A DNA stretch of 64,000 bases from the human T2T-CHM13v2.0 reference genome, Homo sapiens: NCBI RefSeq assembly GCF_009914755.1, contig NC_060933.1; one strand, written 5' to 3'. Below the pieces are notes generated by a model. That model saw only the letters and a list, made by a program, of their open reading frames with translations. It was not told where the DNA came from and made no database searches. A program made the position numbers and the translations under genes. Positions within the stretch are counted from its first letter, which is position 1. Each line of letters opens with the position of its first letter. Below, piece after piece: positions 61,260-64,000 of this stretch.

Positions 61260-63349
61260 GGGGCTTTAAAGTATGTAAGATATATAGAGAGACGATGAAG
61301 AGGGAGGTACGGAGCGAGAGAGAGAGTGTGTGGCTGGAACTTGAAGTTTTTTTTTTATTTGAAGTTATATACTTTGGGAATAAACTTAGGTTTTCATGCT
61401 CTGCCGAGCTTAAGCAAGATGGCAAATGCATACATTGAGCTCTCTAATCATAACCTCAATATATGGATTCTTGTTCATTAAAATACTTGCACCAGCAAAT
61501 ATGATTTCCAAAATTTGTGTTTTGGAGGTAATTAAGTAACTGTATAAAAATAAATGCTTTCCCCTCCTTTCCCCAGTGACTTTCCATACTTTTAAAATAA
61601 TAAAAATAATGTATATATATTTTTTAATTTTTAAAAGCAACTTAACTCTTTGTTTTTAGGAAACTATAGATTAAGGTATCCCTTTGATCCCGTGTGTACT
61701 AGGGATCCACAGGAATGTTCCTCAGCCCTGTGGCATGAGGTCTTTCTCAAAGTCCAGGCAGCTACACAGCATAGCCATGTTACTTTTAATTAGTGTAATT
61801 ACCATGGAGACAATAGGCATCATCTGTCACTGTTTATCTTTCATTCTAATCAAAAGAGACATTTTAAACAAGCTTTTTAGGATCTCTGAAATATTGTCTA
61901 CTCATAATCATGTATTATAAAGTTCAGCTGTTTTAAAAGTTAACTATACCAGGAGTGTACTCATTAGGTATGATAACAAGTTAACTGGTTAATCTCATAC
62001 AGATGGAAAGTTCTTATAAGTTAGACATTTTTGAGTTGTGCACCTATATTTGGAAAGAACAACTTTTAGTCATATCCCTCATATATCTGTTTTGACGTTT
62101 TATGTCAGCCTTATGTTTAAATGTGATACCTCATTATAACGTCCTAAAGGCAAGAAACAATATACCCAAATAAAAATATGTCTATGCTTCTGTGTTATAA
62201 TTTATAAGACTGGCTTCGGTAATTGAATAAACATGTTAAGGTATTTTATTTCAATTATTTATACTCCATTGAGTTGTTCAAATGAGTATGAATCCTTCTA
62301 GCAAAAACCCAACCCTCCTTTGGATCTATTCGCAAGGTGCACTTCAAAAGTTTATCATATAGTCGATGTTTGTAATTCTGTCTGTATTATTTCTTCAATA
62401 ATACCTATGCACCTTGAGGGAAAGTTCTGCCTTATTCTTGCATAAGCTCAATAGGCACACATTTATAATTCAATGCTTGTAATATTTTCTCCCATTTCTG
62501 AGATACTTAAAAAATTTAACCTCATTATCACCATCATTACCTCACTATCACCATGAAAATCTCAGTGACAAATAGAGCAACAGTGATCAGCTTGTGAGTA
62601 AAAGCCAAATACCAGGCACTAACAAGAGTTCTCTTTTCATAAGAAACCTTCAAGGTCACTGCATGAGGACGAGGCCAGGCCAGTATTCAACATCGGATTT
62701 ATAGATCCTAAAGTTGGCCACTTTCCTCTTTGCCATGCTGAATCTTTAAAATAAATCCTAATTCAATCTTTTAACCTAATGGCATGTCCAAGTCAAATTT
62801 TTTACTACACACTTTTCCCAGATTCACCTCTTTTATTATATATTGGAAAATATAATTTCACAAAGATTATTTCGAATAAAGAGGTAATTTTTCCAATCGT
62901 GTAAATGAAATCCACAGGAAAGGAGAGCTCTTCTGTATAAATAGCACAAATTCAGAGGAATGCCTTTGCAAACTCTATGCTTCACCAACACAGATCTTCC
63001 CTAGGAAGAGAATTCAAGATTGACCCCAAAACTCATCTCCTGAACTCAGTTGATACATCTTTTCAGTAACTGCCAAAGCCTCATTTGCAATTTCAAATAC
63101 CTTTGACAAAAAGCCAAAATGTTCTGAAATGTCAAATTCACTTGTACTTTACTTCTTCCACTCTAATGTTTTCAATAAATATATTGTCAGCTACAGCAAC
63201 AATTTCCAATTTCCCTTGTAAATAAGTGAAATAGCTTGGGAGGATCTTCTGAGATTGCATTGAGGTGTGCTCACAGGGCTATTTCATTTATAAGGTGTCA
63301 AGTCAGGTAGGTGGGCTGATCTGTTTCTTCAAGTAGCATCTGTGTAATA

Positions 63350-63760
63350 GGGTGTTGTTCAGTTAAGAGCCTGAGTCCTGCATCTCAGTGTCTTACTATG
63401 GGATGCTGAACAAGCTAAACTTTTTTATTTTATTTTATTTTTAAGTTCTGGGATACATGTGCAGAATGTGCAGGTTTGTTACATAGGTATACATGTGCCA
63501 TGGTGGTTTGCTGAACTTATCAGCCCATCATCTAGGTTATAAGCCCCGCATGCATTAGGTGTTTGTCCTAATGCTCTCCCTCCTCTTGTCCCTCATCCCC
63601 CTACAGGCCCTGATGTGTGATGTTCCCCTCCCTGTGTCCATGTGTTCTCATTTGAACAAGCTAAACTTCCTAAACTTCAGCCCTACCATATGTACATTGG
63701 AAATTATAACAGTGCCTTGTATGGCATTTAGTCACAATGTCTGGTGTAGAATAGATGCTC
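63350..63760 (+). mobile_element. MIR hosting an L1PA insertion
   Basis: 'cttcctaaacttcagccct...ttggaaattataacagtgcc'. Confidence 0.55.
63423..63652 (-). mobile_element. 5'-truncated L1PA (PA7/PA8-like) 3'UTR
   Basis: Perfect 16-bp TSD tgaacaagctaaactt (63407 / 63653). Confidence 0.95.
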
Positions 63761-63831
63761 TAAAATTATTATTATTATATGCTGAAGGGCAGACATCTCA
63801 TCTTATTTTTTTTTTCACTTAAAAGAATATA

Positions 63832-63956
63832 TTTTTTCAGAGACAAGATCTCGCTATGTTGCTCAGGCAGGTCTCAAACTCCTGAGCTCAAGTGATTTTC
63901 CCATCTTGGTCTCCCGAAGTGCTGGGATTACAGGCGTAAGCCACCATGCTTGGGCC
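63832..63956 (-). mobile_element. FLAM / AluJ left monomer
   Basis: Single monomer 'tctcgctatgttgctcagg...ctcctgagctcaagtgat'; flanking catcttatttt repeat. Confidence 0.85.
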
Positions 63957-64000
63957 ACATCTTATTTTCATTGTGTTCAGAATACAATATAGGGTTGCAT

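Overview
Non-coding, repeat-dense primate DNA, very likely human: it contains an AluYb8, a subfamily that is essentially human-specific. I find no credible protein-coding gene, processed pseudogene, tRNA/rRNA/snRNA or CRISPR array. The supplied ORFs are Alu, L1 or LTR read-throughs or short chance ORFs. By eye the window holds about 35 Alu elements or fragments (about half AluY-type, almost no AluJ), about 16 solo LTR units (MER4 group, MER31, MSTB, MER74, MER66-like, two MER39, HERV-H LTR7, HML-3 MER9), about 11 L1 fragments (two 5'-inverted), L2/MIR relics, hAT MITEs and microsatellites. The most notable items are retrotransposon architecture: an intact LTR7 inside an Alu, a TSD-less AluY replacing about 0.5 kb of L1 ORF2, a MER9 inserted at the poly(A) signal of a MER4 LTR, a chimeric LTR43/MER4A unit and a young AluYb8. 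There is also weak evidence for a + strand spliced non-coding transcript and a CpG-rich unique patch. I could not support a genuinely new biological system. Subfamily names come from remembered consensus motifs and need RepeatMasker/Dfam confirmation. Boundaries of old elements are approximate.
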